A stretch of DNA of 64,000 nt from Candidatus Latescibacterota bacterium (GTDB lineage: Bacteria > Latescibacterota > UBA2968 > GCA-2709665), in the NCBI GenBank assembly GCA_965116875.1, contig OZ220733.1, positions 2,976,001 to 3,040,000 on the forward strand, in the 5' to 3' direction. The notes under the pieces are model-generated. The model was not told the origin of the DNA. It saw only the letters and a list, made by a program, of their open reading frames with translations, and did no database searches. The first letter of the stretch is position 1. The number at the start of each line of letters is the position of its first letter. Both the position numbers and the translations under genes were made by a program. Shown in pieces: positions 54,837 to 64,000 of the stretch.

Positions 54837-56174
54837 ATGCCGGAAGAATACAAGATCATCACCGAACTCTTCGGGGTCGAAGGCCTCTGTAATATCGACG
54901 TGTACAGGGCCCATGGCGGATATACGGCCATCGAGAAGGCCCTCGGAATGTCGCAGGACGAGGTGATCGACGAGGTGCGGGATGCGGCGCTGGCGGGACG
55001 GGGAGGCGCATGGTTTCCGGCCGGCGTCAAATGGGGTTTCATGCCGAAAGAACCCCGGGAGCCCAGCTATCTCTGCGTAAATGCCGACGAGAGCGAACCG
55101 GGCACCTTCAAGGACCGCCACCTGATGGAGCAGAATCCGCATCAGATGCTGGAAGGTACCATCATCGCCTCGTTCGCGATGCGGGTGAGCGTGGCATACG
55201 TCTATATCCGCGGCGAAATGTTCGAGGCGAGGACGATCGTGGAACGGGCGATTACCGAGGCGCGGGCGGCAGGATACATCGGCCGCAACATTCTGGGCTC
55301 CGGCTACGATCTGGAAGTCTACGTCCATCCCGGCGCCGGGGCTTACATCTGCGGCGAGGAAATGGGCCTGATCCAGTCCCTGAACGGCAACCGGGCCGAG
55401 CCGCGTTCGAAGCCTCCGTTTCCCGCCCAGCAGGGGGTTTTCGAACGGCCCACCACGGTGAACAACGTCCAGACGCTGTCCTATGTACCCCATATCGTGA
55501 ACCGCGGCGCGGACTGGTTCAAGGCAATCGGCAGCGAACGGTTTCCGGGTACATTCATTTTCTGCGTCAGCGGGCATGTGAACAGGCCGGGGATGTTCGA
55601 ACTGGAAACCGGTTCGGTTACAATGCGTGAGATCGTGGAGGATTTCGCCGGCGGCGTGCGCGACGGGCGTGAACTGAAAGCCGTGATTCCGGGCGGGGCG
55701 TCAACGCCTCCCATGACACCCGACCAGATCGATATCGTCATGGACCCGTCGAATTTCCTCGCGCCGGGCGGCGGCGACTTCCAGGGCATGTTCGGCACGG
55801 GCGGGATCATCGTGATGGACGAAACAACCTGCATGGTAGACGCGCTGCTGAATTTCATGGTCTTCTTCGCGCACGAGTCCTGCGGTCAGTGCACGCCGTG
55901 CCGGGAGGGATGTCCGTGGGCGCGAGACATCGTGTCGAGAATCGAAAAGGGACAGGGGAAGCCGGGCGACCTGGATACCCTGCTCGACGTTGCCCATAAC
56001 GTCGGGCCGTTTTTGTGTCCGCCCTCGAGGTTGACAACCATCTGCGGTTTCGGCGGGGCATTTGCGAATCCGATCCACGGCTTCGTACAAACGTTCCGCA
56101 GCGAATTCGAGGCCCACATCGAAGAAGGACGTTGCCCCGCCAGACAAGACAAATCCATCCGGGTTCCTGGGTAG
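54837..56174 (+). CDS. nuoF: NADH-quinone oxidoreductase subunit F
   Basis: GRGGAWFP, NADESEPGTFKDR, GAGAYICGEE, ESCGQCTPCREG...TIC. Confidence 0.95.
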   Translation: MPEEYKIITELFGVEGLCNIDVYRAHGGYTAIEKALGMSQDEVIDEVRDAALAGRGGAWFPAGVKWGFMPKEPREPSYLCVNADESEPGTFKDRHLMEQNPHQMLEGTIIASFAMRVSVAYVYIRGEMFEARTIVERAITEARAAGYIGRNILGSGYDLEVYVHPGAGAYICGEEMGLIQSLNGNRAEPRSKPPFPAQQGVFERPTTVNNVQTLSYVPHIVNRGADWFKAIGSERFPGTFIFCVSGHVNRPGMFELETGSVTMREIVEDFAGGVRDGRELKAVIPGGASTPPMTPDQIDIVMDPSNFLAPGGGDFQGMFGTGGIIVMDETTCMVDALLNFMVFFAHESCGQCTPCREGCPWARDIVSRIEKGQGKPGDLDTLLDVAHNVGPFLCPPSRLTTICGFGGAFANPIHGFVQTFRSEFEAHIEEGRCPARQDKSIRVPG

Positions 56175-56180
56175 ACAACA

Positions 56181-57803
56181 ATGTCGACATTTAGCATAGA
56201 CGGCAGCGAAATTGAGATCGTTCCGGGAAAGAACGTACTTCAGACGGCGATCGACAACGGAATATACGTTCCCCATTACTGCTACCACCCGGGGCTGAGC
56301 GCGCCGGCGAACTGCCGCATGTGCCTTGTGGAGATGGAAGTGGGCGGGCGGCGCAGCCTCGGGCCTTCCTGCTCTGCCATGCCCGCCGAGGGTATGGTTG
56401 TGGATACGCAGTCCGACGTCGTCAAGGAAAACCAGAATGCCGTGATGGAGTTCCTGCTGGTGAACCATCCGCTGGACTGTCCCGTGTGCGATCAGTCCGG
56501 AGAGTGCGAACTGCAGGATTACAGCTATACCTACGGATCCGACAGGAGCCGGTTCCACGAGAAGAAGCTGGTGCAGCCCAAGAAAGACGTCGGCCGGCAC
56601 GTGTTGTTGTATTCCGACCGGTGCATCCGGTGCACCCGCTGTATCCGGTTCTGTGACGAGGTTTCCGGAACGGGCGAACTGGGGTATTTCAACCGGGGCG
56701 TCTATAACGAGATCGACGTCTTTCCCGGGGAGCGGATGGACAATCGGCTGTCCGGCAATACGGTGGACATCTGCCCGGTAGGGGCGCTACTGGACAAGTC
56801 GTTCCTTTTCAAGCAGCGCGTATGGTTTCTGAAGTCGGTGGACACCATCTGCCCCGGCTGCAGTGCGGGATGCAACATCCGGGCCGATTACAACAACGAG
56901 CGGATCTACCGGCTCGTGCCGCGTCAGAATCCGGACGTGAACGAGTACTGGATGTGTGACGACGGCCGCCACGGGTGGGGCTACGTGCATGGGGACGACC
57001 GCCTGCTGTTTCCGATGTCGGGAAGAGGCGAGGAACAGGAACTGTCGCTGTGGGAGGTCGCGCTGGAGGCGGTAAGGGCGGGGTTCGAACGCATTCGGAC
57101 GGAATACGGCGACGGCGCCGTGGCCGGGGTTGCATCGACCTGTCTGACCAACGAAGAGCACTATCTGTTCGGCAGTCTCTTCCAGGACGGGCTGGCGGGC
57201 GGCCAAGTCGCGGTTCGCAGCCGGGTCAGCGACGAAGGCGACGTGGTGTTCAAGGGCGGATTCACCATCCGCGCGGACAAATCTCCGAATGCAAGAGGCG
57301 CGCGGGCCGTTCACGAGGGCATGGGGCTGCCTCTGGTGACGACTTCCGAGATCTGGCGTGGCGTGGCCGATGGCCGGATACGGGGACTCTACCTGGTGGG
57401 CGGCGATCCACTGGATTCACTGTCTGAAGAGGAACAGACGGCCCTTGAGTCCCTGGATTTCCTGGTCGTTCAGGATGTCTTGTCCCGCGGTTGGACGTCG
57501 ATGGCGGACGTGGTTCTTCCGGGCGCTGCCTTCATCGAGAAAGAAGGGACGTTCACGAACGCCGACGGACGGGTGCAACGGTTACGGCAGGGCCTGGCGC
57601 CCGTGGGCGACGCGCGGCCGGACTGGGAGATCCTGCGGGACGTCAACCGGTTGATGGGGGGCGAGGCCCCGCACACCGCGGTCGAAGAGGTCATGGTTGA
57701 AATGTCGAATGCCATCGCGGCATTTACGGGGATCAACTACGACGCGATCGGTGACGGGGGCCGGCCGCTCGTTGAGATCGAGGCAGCCGGGACGGAACGC
57801 TAG
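56181..57803 (+). CDS. nuoG: NADH-quinone oxidoreductase subunit G (compact form)
   Basis: YCYHPGL..ANCRMCLVE, HPLDCPVCDQSGEC, CIRCTRCIRFC, CPVGAL, CPGCSAGC; C-terminal EKEGTFTNADGRVQR. Confidence 0.92.
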   Translation: MSTFSIDGSEIEIVPGKNVLQTAIDNGIYVPHYCYHPGLSAPANCRMCLVEMEVGGRRSLGPSCSAMPAEGMVVDTQSDVVKENQNAVMEFLLVNHPLDCPVCDQSGECELQDYSYTYGSDRSRFHEKKLVQPKKDVGRHVLLYSDRCIRCTRCIRFCDEVSGTGELGYFNRGVYNEIDVFPGERMDNRLSGNTVDICPVGALLDKSFLFKQRVWFLKSVDTICPGCSAGCNIRADYNNERIYRLVPRQNPDVNEYWMCDDGRHGWGYVHGDDRLLFPMSGRGEEQELSLWEVALEAVRAGFERIRTEYGDGAVAGVASTCLTNEEHYLFGSLFQDGLAGGQVAVRSRVSDEGDVVFKGGFTIRADKSPNARGARAVHEGMGLPLVTTSEIWRGVADGRIRGLYLVGGDPLDSLSEEEQTALESLDFLVVQDVLSRGWTSMADVVLPGAAFIEKEGTFTNADGRVQRLRQGLAPVGDARPDWEILRDVNRLMGGEAPHTAVEEVMVEMSNAIAAFTGINYDAIGDGGRPLVEIEAAGTER

Positions 57804-57836
57804 TGTTCTTCCCCGGACGGAACGCCAGACGCGCTT

Positions 57837-58877
57837 ATGGATTATGCGATTGAGAGTACAATCAAGGTCGTTGTGGTATTCGGCGGGCTTATGGGCGCCG
57901 TTGCCTATCTCGTACTGGCGGAACGAAAAATCAGCGCGTACATCCAAAACCGTCTGGGTCCGAACCGCGTTGGGCCGTGGGGACTGCTTCAGCCGATTGC
58001 CGACGGCCTCAAGTTTCTCTTCAAGGAAGATGTGATTCCCCGGCACGTGAACCGCTTCGTCTACCTGGCCGCGCCGCCCGCCATTCTCGTCCCCGCACTG
58101 ATGGGATTCGCCATCGTGCCGTTCGGAGATTCCATTACCCTTTGGGGCCGGGAGATCCGGCTGCAGATCGCCGATGTGAATATCGGCATCCTCTACCTCC
58201 TTGCACTGGCATCGCTGGGGGTCTACGGGGTTGTGCTTGGCGGATGGGCGTCCAACAACAAGTACGCCCTGCTGGGCGGGCTTCGCGCGTCCGCCCAGAT
58301 GATCAGCTACGAACTGGCGCTGGGGCTGTCTCTCATCGGCGTGCTGATGGCCGCGGGCACATTGCAGCTGGACGAAATCGTGAGACAACAGTCGGAGCAG
58401 ACGCTGTTCGGATTTCTGCCGGGATGGAACGTATTTACGCAGCCGCTCGGGTTCGTGTTGTTCACCGCGGCGGCGTTCGCCGAGAGCAACCGTCTGCCCT
58501 TCGATCTTCCGGAGTCCGAACAGGAACTGGTGGCCGGTTACCACGCCGAGTACAGCAGCATGAAGTTCGCCATGTTCTTCATGGCCGAATACGCCCACAT
58601 GATTACGGCGTCAGCCGTAATCGCCACGCTGTTCTTCGGCGGCTGGCATATGCCCTGGCTCGTCGATCCCGGAAGTACCTCGATCGGCGCCAGCCTGCTC
58701 AAGGTGCTCGCGTTTCTGGTCAAGACCGGATTCTTCATGTTTCTGTTCCTTTGGGTGCGCTGGACCCTTCCTCGTTTTCGATACGATCAGGTGATGTGGC
58801 TGGGGTGGAAGGTCCTGCTGCCGCTGGCGCTTCTGAACGTCTTCCTGACCGGTCTGTATCTGACGCTGACGAGATGA
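57837..58877 (+). CDS. nuoH: NADH-quinone oxidoreductase subunit H
   Basis: ERKISA..QNRLGPNRVG, QPIADGLK, NRLPFDLPESEQELVAGY, PRFRYDQ. Confidence 0.97.
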   Translation: MDYAIESTIKVVVVFGGLMGAVAYLVLAERKISAYIQNRLGPNRVGPWGLLQPIADGLKFLFKEDVIPRHVNRFVYLAAPPAILVPALMGFAIVPFGDSITLWGREIRLQIADVNIGILYLLALASLGVYGVVLGGWASNNKYALLGGLRASAQMISYELALGLSLIGVLMAAGTLQLDEIVRQQSEQTLFGFLPGWNVFTQPLGFVLFTAAAFAESNRLPFDLPESEQELVAGYHAEYSSMKFAMFFMAEYAHMITASAVIATLFFGGWHMPWLVDPGSTSIGASLLKVLAFLVKTGFFMFLFLWVRWTLPRFRYDQVMWLGWKVLLPLALLNVFLTGLYLTLTR

Positions 58878-58902
58878 AGCGCGGCGCCCCGCGGGAGGGA
58901 TA

Positions 58903-59439
58903 ATGGAGCAGACCTTCTTTTTCGTTTTTGCCGCAATCGCGCTGCTCGCGGCCGTGCTCCTCGTCGCGTTTCGCAACCCGGTCTACAGCGCCCTGTCTCT
59001 GGTGGCCGCGTTCTTCGCCCTGGCGGGGCTTTTTGTTTTGCTGAATGCGTATTTCCTGGCGGCGGTGCAGATTATCGTGTATGCCGGCGCAATCATGGTA
59101 CTCTTCCTGTTTGTGATCATGCTGCTGAACCTGGGTCATTCCGATGCGCTTGAGCGCGTCGCGGGCAAATATCGGCGCGTGGCGGTTGTCCTGCTGGCGG
59201 CGGTTCTGGTGTCGCAACTGGGCTTCATGGCGGGACGGCGTTGGGCCGGCACACCGGCGTCGGGAGAGGCGCCGTTGTTTACAGACAACATCAATACCAT
59301 CGGCAAGATGCTGTATACCAGATATCTGTTTCCTTTCGAGGTGGTTTCCCTGATTCTGCTGGTTGCCCTGATCGGTGTGATGGTCATGGTAAAAGGGGAC
59401 CGCGGGAGCGGAGAAAACCAGCCCCGGAAGGCCCCTTGA
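58903..59439 (+). CDS. nuoJ: NADH-quinone oxidoreductase subunit J
   Basis: NPVYSAL, QIIVYAGAIMVLFLFVIML, FPFEVVSLIL. Confidence 0.95.
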   Translation: MEQTFFFVFAAIALLAAVLLVAFRNPVYSALSLVAAFFALAGLFVLLNAYFLAAVQIIVYAGAIMVLFLFVIMLLNLGHSDALERVAGKYRRVAVVLLAAVLVSQLGFMAGRRWAGTPASGEAPLFTDNINTIGKMLYTRYLFPFEVVSLILLVALIGVMVMVKGDRGSGENQPRKAP

Positions 59440-59558
59440 TTCGTCCAGGCGAACGCCGGTCCGCTTTTCGTTTTCGCGGCGAATTCATACTGGATACGTA
59501 TCCTGTTCACCCATGTAAATTCTGAGTTTATGAATTAAAGAGAAACAGTGAGATCGAA

Positions 59559-59864
59559 ATGGCCGTTCCGGTTACCTATTACCTGATACTGAGCGCGATG
59601 CTTTTCGCCATCGGCGTGGCGGGCGTGCTGATTCGTCGCAACGCGATCGTGATCTTCATGTGCATCGAACTGATGCTGAACGCGGTCAATCTGTTGTTCG
59701 TGACGATGGCGCGTTATATGGGTTCGGGTTCCGGACAGGTTTTCGTGTTTTTCGTGATGGCGGTGTCCGCCGCCGAGGTGGCGGTGGGACTGGCAATTAT
59801 CATTTCACTTTACAGGAACAGGCAGACACTGGACGTGGGCGAGGTGAATGTGTTGAAATGGTAG
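59559..59864 (+). CDS. nuoK: NADH-quinone oxidoreductase subunit K
   Basis: [27 protein letters not shown]. Confidence 0.96.
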   Translation: MAVPVTYYLILSAMLFAIGVAGVLIRRNAIVIFMCIELMLNAVNLLFVTMARYMGSGSGQVFVFFVMAVSAAEVAVGLAIIISLYRNRQTLDVGEVNVLKW

Positions 59865-59924
59865 GCGCCGTGGGAATCCGGGTCGGCGTTTGCGATTTTT
59901 CCTTCTGATTCGAATGGGCCTTGC

Positions 59925-61784
59925 ATGTTGACCGTTGTCATTCTGATCGTTCTCTTTCCGCTCGCCGGCGCGGCCGTAAACGGTTTGTTCGGGTACCGGC
60001 TGCGGGAGGCGTCCGGATATATCGGCGCCGCAGCGGTCGGTCTGTCGTGGGTTCTGTCTCTGCGCGTTCTGTTCTGGGTGATGAGCGGTGGGGAACTGAA
60101 CGAAAACGTGTACGCGTGGATCGTGGCGGGGTCGTTCAACGCCTCGGTGGGGTTCCAGGTCGATGCGCTGTCGACGATCATGATCGTGACGGTTACGACG
60201 ATCTCGTTTCTGATTCACGTGTATTCTTTCGGGTACATGCGCAATGACCCGGGGTTTGCCAGATTCTTCGCCTACCTCAACCTGTTTGTGTTCTCCATGC
60301 TGGTTCTGGTTCTGGCAAACAACTATCTGCTGATGTTCGTGGGCTGGGAAGGCGTTGGATTGTGTTCATATCTCCTCATCGGCTTCTGGTACGAGCGGAA
60401 ATCCGCTTCGGACGCCGGTAAAAAGGCGTTCATCGTCAACCGGATCGGGGATTTCGGTTTCCTGCTTGGGATCTTTCTGATGGCGAGTTACCTGGGCACG
60501 GTGCAGTACGCCGAGGTATTCGAAAAAGCGCCACTGATGTTGTCCACGGGGGTTGCAACGGCGATTGCGCTGCTGCTCTTTCTGGGCGCCTGCGGCAAGT
60601 CGGCGCAGTTTCCGCTTTACGTCTGGCTGCCCGACGCAATGGAAGGCCCCACACCCGTCAGTTCATTGATCCATGCGGCCACCATGGTCACGGCGGGGGT
60701 CTATATGGTGGCCCGTTCGAACGTGCTGTATACTCTCGCGCCCACCGCCGGATCCGTGGTCGCATGGGTCGGCGTCGCCACGGCGTTGCTTGCCGCGACC
60801 ATTGCGCTGGTGAATACCGACATCAAACGGGTGCTGGCCTATTCAACGGTGAGCCAGTTGGGGTACATGTTCATTGGCGTGGGCGTCGGTGCATATACGG
60901 CCGGGATTTTCCACCTGTTCACGCACGCGTTCTTCAAGGGTTTGATGTTCCTGGCCGCCGGCAGCGTGATGCACGCGATGCAGGACGAACTGGATATGCG
61001 TAAGATGGGAGGGCTGCTGGGCAGGATGCGGATAACCGGCGTTACGTTCTGGATCGGCGCGCTCGCCATCGCCGGAATACCGCCGCTTGCCGGCTTCTGG
61101 AGCAAGGACGAAATCCTGGTGAGCGCCTACCGCTCGGGAAACGTGGCAATCTGGGCTCTGGGGGTTTTAGGGGCGATCCTCACTGCGTTTTACATGTTCC
61201 GCCTGATCCTGATGACTTTCCATGGACAACCCCGGGATCAGCACCTGTACGACCACGCTCACGAGTCGCCGGCGAACATGACCGTGCCGCTGGTCGTTCT
61301 GGCGCTGGGTTCGGCCGTTGTGGGTTTTGTGGGCGTTCCCCCGGGTCACGGCTGGATCGATGGGTTCCTGAGCGATTCGGCCGGCGCGTCCCATCATTCA
61401 GGATCCGGAGGATTGTCCGGCGGGATGCTGGTTGGGATTTCCGTCCTCGCGGGTCTTTTGGGAATCGGATTCGCATACCGGATGCACAGGGCAGGCCGGC
61501 TGGGAGCGGCATCCTCAAACACCGTTCACGGGCTGCTGATACGCAAGTGGTACGTCGACGAGATTTACGACACTCTCATCGTGCGGCCGATTCATCGGAT
61601 TTCGCTGGTATTGGCGCGTGTCCTGGACGCAATCGTGGTGGACGGAATCGCGAACGGGCTGGGCCTGCTGGTGAAAGGCGCGGGCTGGATCGTTACCCGC
61701 TTTCAGTCCGGCAACGCGCCCACCTATGCGCTCTGGATGGTGATTGGCGTGGTCGCGGTAATCTACTACGTCTCGGGGAACTGA
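59925..61784 (+). CDS. nuoL: NADH-quinone oxidoreductase subunit L
   Basis: GWEGVGLCSYLLIGFW, NRIGDFG, KSAQFPLYVWLPDAMEGPTPVS, THAFFK. Confidence 0.96.
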   Translation: MLTVVILIVLFPLAGAAVNGLFGYRLREASGYIGAAAVGLSWVLSLRVLFWVMSGGELNENVYAWIVAGSFNASVGFQVDALSTIMIVTVTTISFLIHVYSFGYMRNDPGFARFFAYLNLFVFSMLVLVLANNYLLMFVGWEGVGLCSYLLIGFWYERKSASDAGKKAFIVNRIGDFGFLLGIFLMASYLGTVQYAEVFEKAPLMLSTGVATAIALLLFLGACGKSAQFPLYVWLPDAMEGPTPVSSLIHAATMVTAGVYMVARSNVLYTLAPTAGSVVAWVGVATALLAATIALVNTDIKRVLAYSTVSQLGYMFIGVGVGAYTAGIFHLFTHAFFKGLMFLAAGSVMHAMQDELDMRKMGGLLGRMRITGVTFWIGALAIAGIPPLAGFWSKDEILVSAYRSGNVAIWALGVLGAILTAFYMFRLILMTFHGQPRDQHLYDHAHESPANMTVPLVVLALGSAVVGFVGVPPGHGWIDGFLSDSAGASHHSGSGGLSGGMLVGISVLAGLLGIGFAYRMHRAGRLGAASSNTVHGLLIRKWYVDEIYDTLIVRPIHRISLVLARVLDAIVVDGIANGLGLLVKGAGWIVTRFQSGNAPTYALWMVIGVVAVIYYVSGN

Positions 61785-61788
61785 ACCC

Positions 61789-63315
61789 ATGCCCGGACTC
61801 CTTACAGGCCTGATCTTCATCCCTTTGATTGGCGGCGCGCTGGTCCTGCTGTTCGGTCGCGGCCGGGACGGATTCAGCCGGGTGTTCGCTCTGGCCGTGG
61901 CATCTGTGAATCTGCTGCTGTCCTTTTTGTTGTATGCCGATTTCAGAGCCGGTGTTCCGGGGATGCAGTTTGTGGAGAAGGTAGAGTGGGTGGGCCGGTT
62001 CGGCATCTCGTACTTCGTGGGTATCGACGGAATCAGCCTGTTGTTGGTACTGGTGACGACCCTGCTCACGTTCCTGGCGATTCTCGCCTCCTGGTCGTCG
62101 ATCACGTCCCGGGTGCGGGAGTACATGGCGTCGATGCTTCTGCTGGAGACCGGGATGGTGGGGGTGTTCTGCGCCCTGGACCTCTTCCTCTTCTACGTGT
62201 TCTGGGAGGCCATGCTGATCCCGATGGTTCTGTTGATCGGCGTCTGGGGCGGCGAACGCCGGATCTACGCGGCCGTGAAGTTCGTGCTGTTTACCCTGGC
62301 CGGCAGCCTGTTGATGCTCGTGGCGATCGTCTATCTCGGCCTGCAGTTCGGTACCTTCGATCTCATGGCTCTTCAGAAGATGACCTATCTACACCCGCAG
62401 CAGCACTGGCTCTTCCTGGCGTTTTTCCTGAGTTTCGCCATCAAGGTCCCTCTGTTTCCGCTTCATACATGGTTGCCGGACGCGCACGTCGAGGCGCCGA
62501 CGGCGGGCAGCGTCATCCTGGCGGGGGTTCTGCTCAAGATGGGTACCTACGGATTGATCCGGTTCTGCCTTCCGCTGTTCCCGCTGGCTGCACTGTACTT
62601 TACTCCTTATATCATGGCGCTCTCCGTGGTCGGAATCGTGTACGGCGCGCTGGTGGCGATGGTACAGACGGATATCAAGAAGCTGGTGGCATATTCGAGC
62701 GTGAGCCACCTTGGGTTCGTGGTCCTGGGAATTTTCGCCATGAACGCCCAGGGAATGCAGGGTGGAGTCATTCAGATGGTGAACCACGGGCTGTCCACGG
62801 GAGCGTTGTTTCTGATCGTGGGCATGATCTACGAACGCCGGCATACGCGTCTGATCGCCGATTTTGGCGGACTGGCCAAATCCATACCGGTATTCGCCAC
62901 CTTCTTTTTGATTACGACGCTATCTTCCATAGGGCTTCCCGGGCTGAACGGGTTTGTAGGCGAGTTTCTGATCCTTCTCGGAACTTTCAAGGCAAGTATG
63001 GTGCATGGCATCATCGCGGCGTCGGGTGTCGTCCTTGCCGCGGTGTACATGCTGTGGATGTTCCAGCGGGTCGTGTGGGGAGAGGTGAGAGACGAACGCA
63101 ACCGGAAGCTGCCGGACCTGTCCCTGCGCGAATGGCTCATTCTGACGCCGCTGGTGATACTGATGTTCTGGATTGGCGTGTACCCGGGCGCACTCCTGAA
63201 GAAAACCGAACTGTCCGCCAAGCTCGTGGTGGAACAGGTGCGGATCCGGCAGATCGAAAGCCTGAACGAACTGTACGTGATGGATCGCAAGGACGGGGAA
63301 AACCGGATAGAATGA
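61789..63315 (+). CDS. nuoM: NADH-quinone oxidoreductase subunit M
   Basis: FYVFWEAMLIP, KVPLFPLHTWLPDAHVEAP, AYSSVSHLG, GLPGLNGFVGEF. Confidence 0.96.
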   Translation: MPGLLTGLIFIPLIGGALVLLFGRGRDGFSRVFALAVASVNLLLSFLLYADFRAGVPGMQFVEKVEWVGRFGISYFVGIDGISLLLVLVTTLLTFLAILASWSSITSRVREYMASMLLLETGMVGVFCALDLFLFYVFWEAMLIPMVLLIGVWGGERRIYAAVKFVLFTLAGSLLMLVAIVYLGLQFGTFDLMALQKMTYLHPQQHWLFLAFFLSFAIKVPLFPLHTWLPDAHVEAPTAGSVILAGVLLKMGTYGLIRFCLPLFPLAALYFTPYIMALSVVGIVYGALVAMVQTDIKKLVAYSSVSHLGFVVLGIFAMNAQGMQGGVIQMVNHGLSTGALFLIVGMIYERRHTRLIADFGGLAKSIPVFATFFLITTLSSIGLPGLNGFVGEFLILLGTFKASMVHGIIAASGVVLAAVYMLWMFQRVVWGEVRDERNRKLPDLSLREWLILTPLVILMFWIGVYPGALLKKTELSAKLVVEQVRIRQIESLNELYVMDRKDGENRIE

Positions 63316-63370
63316 ACCGGTCGTCGGACGCGTTCGGCCGTCGCATATCGCGGCGTGGAGGAAACCGGGT

Positions 63371-63856
63371 TTGAGAATTCTGTTGAGTCTCGTCGTTATG
63401 TTGTTCGGTGTCTGGCTGCTCTGGTCGGGCCAATATTCAATCGAACGTACGCTGGTTCTTGTGCTGGGAATCGTATCATGCCTGGCGGTGGCAGGCATTG
63501 TCAGGCGGATGGGTATTGTCGATTCCGAGGGGCATCCCATCCATCTGGCAATACGCGCAATCGTGTACGTTCCGTGGTTGCTGCTTGCCATTCTCCGGTC
63601 CAATATCGACGTGGCATTGCGAATCCTGAATCCACGCCTCCCCGTCAGCCCCACCCTGATCCGTACCAGGGCCAGCCAGAAAACCGCGCTGGGGAAGGTC
63701 ATCTACGCCAACTCGATCACGCTCACTCCAGGGACGGTGTCGGTGGACGTGGAAGACGATCTTGTTCTGGTCCACGCGCTCTCGAGGGAGAGCGCGGAGG
63801 AACTCGCTGACGGTGAGATGGACCGGCGCGTCCGGGCGGTGGAGGGAGGGTCCTGA
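63371..63856 (+). CDS. mrpE: Na+/H+ antiporter subunit E (Mrp/Mnh)
   Basis: WLLWSG, SNIDVA, YANSITLTPGTVSVDV, LVHAL. Confidence 0.92.
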   Translation: MRILLSLVVMLFGVWLLWSGQYSIERTLVLVLGIVSCLAVAGIVRRMGIVDSEGHPIHLAIRAIVYVPWLLLAILRSNIDVALRILNPRLPVSPTLIRTRASQKTALGKVIYANSITLTPGTVSVDVEDDLVLVHALSRESAEELADGEMDRRVRAVEGGS

Positions 63857-64000
63857 TGTTTGCGGCGGCGATGGCAGCGATTCTGATCACGATGGTTCTG
63901 GCTCTGGTTCGGGCGTTCGCGGGCCCTACGGTTTACGACCGTATCCTCGCCGCGAATATGTTCGGGACCAAGATAATTCTTCTGATCGCGGTGCTGGGAT
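63856..64000 (+). CDS. mrpF: Na+/H+ antiporter subunit F (Mrp/Mnh); runs off the window
   Basis: TGATG coupling with mrpE; hand translation MFAAAMAAILITMVLALVRAFAGPTVYDRILAANMFGTKIILLIAVLG contains the MrpF GPT..DR motif. Confidence 0.9.
   Translation, partial: MFAAAMAAILITMVLALVRAFAGPTVYDRILAANMFGTKIILLIAVLG

Overview
GC-rich (about 60-65% by eye) bacterial chromosomal segment with no rRNA, tRNA, transposase or CRISPR array visible. A SupA-type PKS, a PhyH dioxygenase, a heparinase II/III-family lyase and a TonB-dependent receptor suggest a diderm marine-sponge symbiont (inference). In order, the window holds: an aconitase X pair with an ABC ATPase; a GTAG-type REP cluster; a hydroxyacid-oxoacid transhydrogenase; a candidate steroid-tailoring cassette (KshA/Neverland-like Rieske oxygenase, GPP34(GOLPH3)-cytochrome P450 fusion with a non-canonical I-helix, 3beta-HSD-like SDR, steroid 5alpha-reductase) facing a convergent RND pump; an SSS transporter; a heparinase; an AT-rich RDD gene; hemB; trpS behind a complete Trp-Trp leader-peptide attenuator; an ADP-ribosylglycohydrolase; a TBDR; a DUF4377 lipoprotein; a rearranged sup-like PKS locus (supA, two inverted genes, ACP, alpha/beta-hydrolase, NCS2 permease fused to a degenerate RsbW-like domain, STAS protein); and a complex I operon lacking nuoB, nuoI and nuoN in place, running directly into Mrp antiporter genes. 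The best novelty candidates are the steroid cassette with its GPP34-P450 fusion, the nuo-mrp hybrid operon, the permease-pseudokinase/STAS pair and the trpS attenuator. All family calls come from motif recognition by eye, not database searches.
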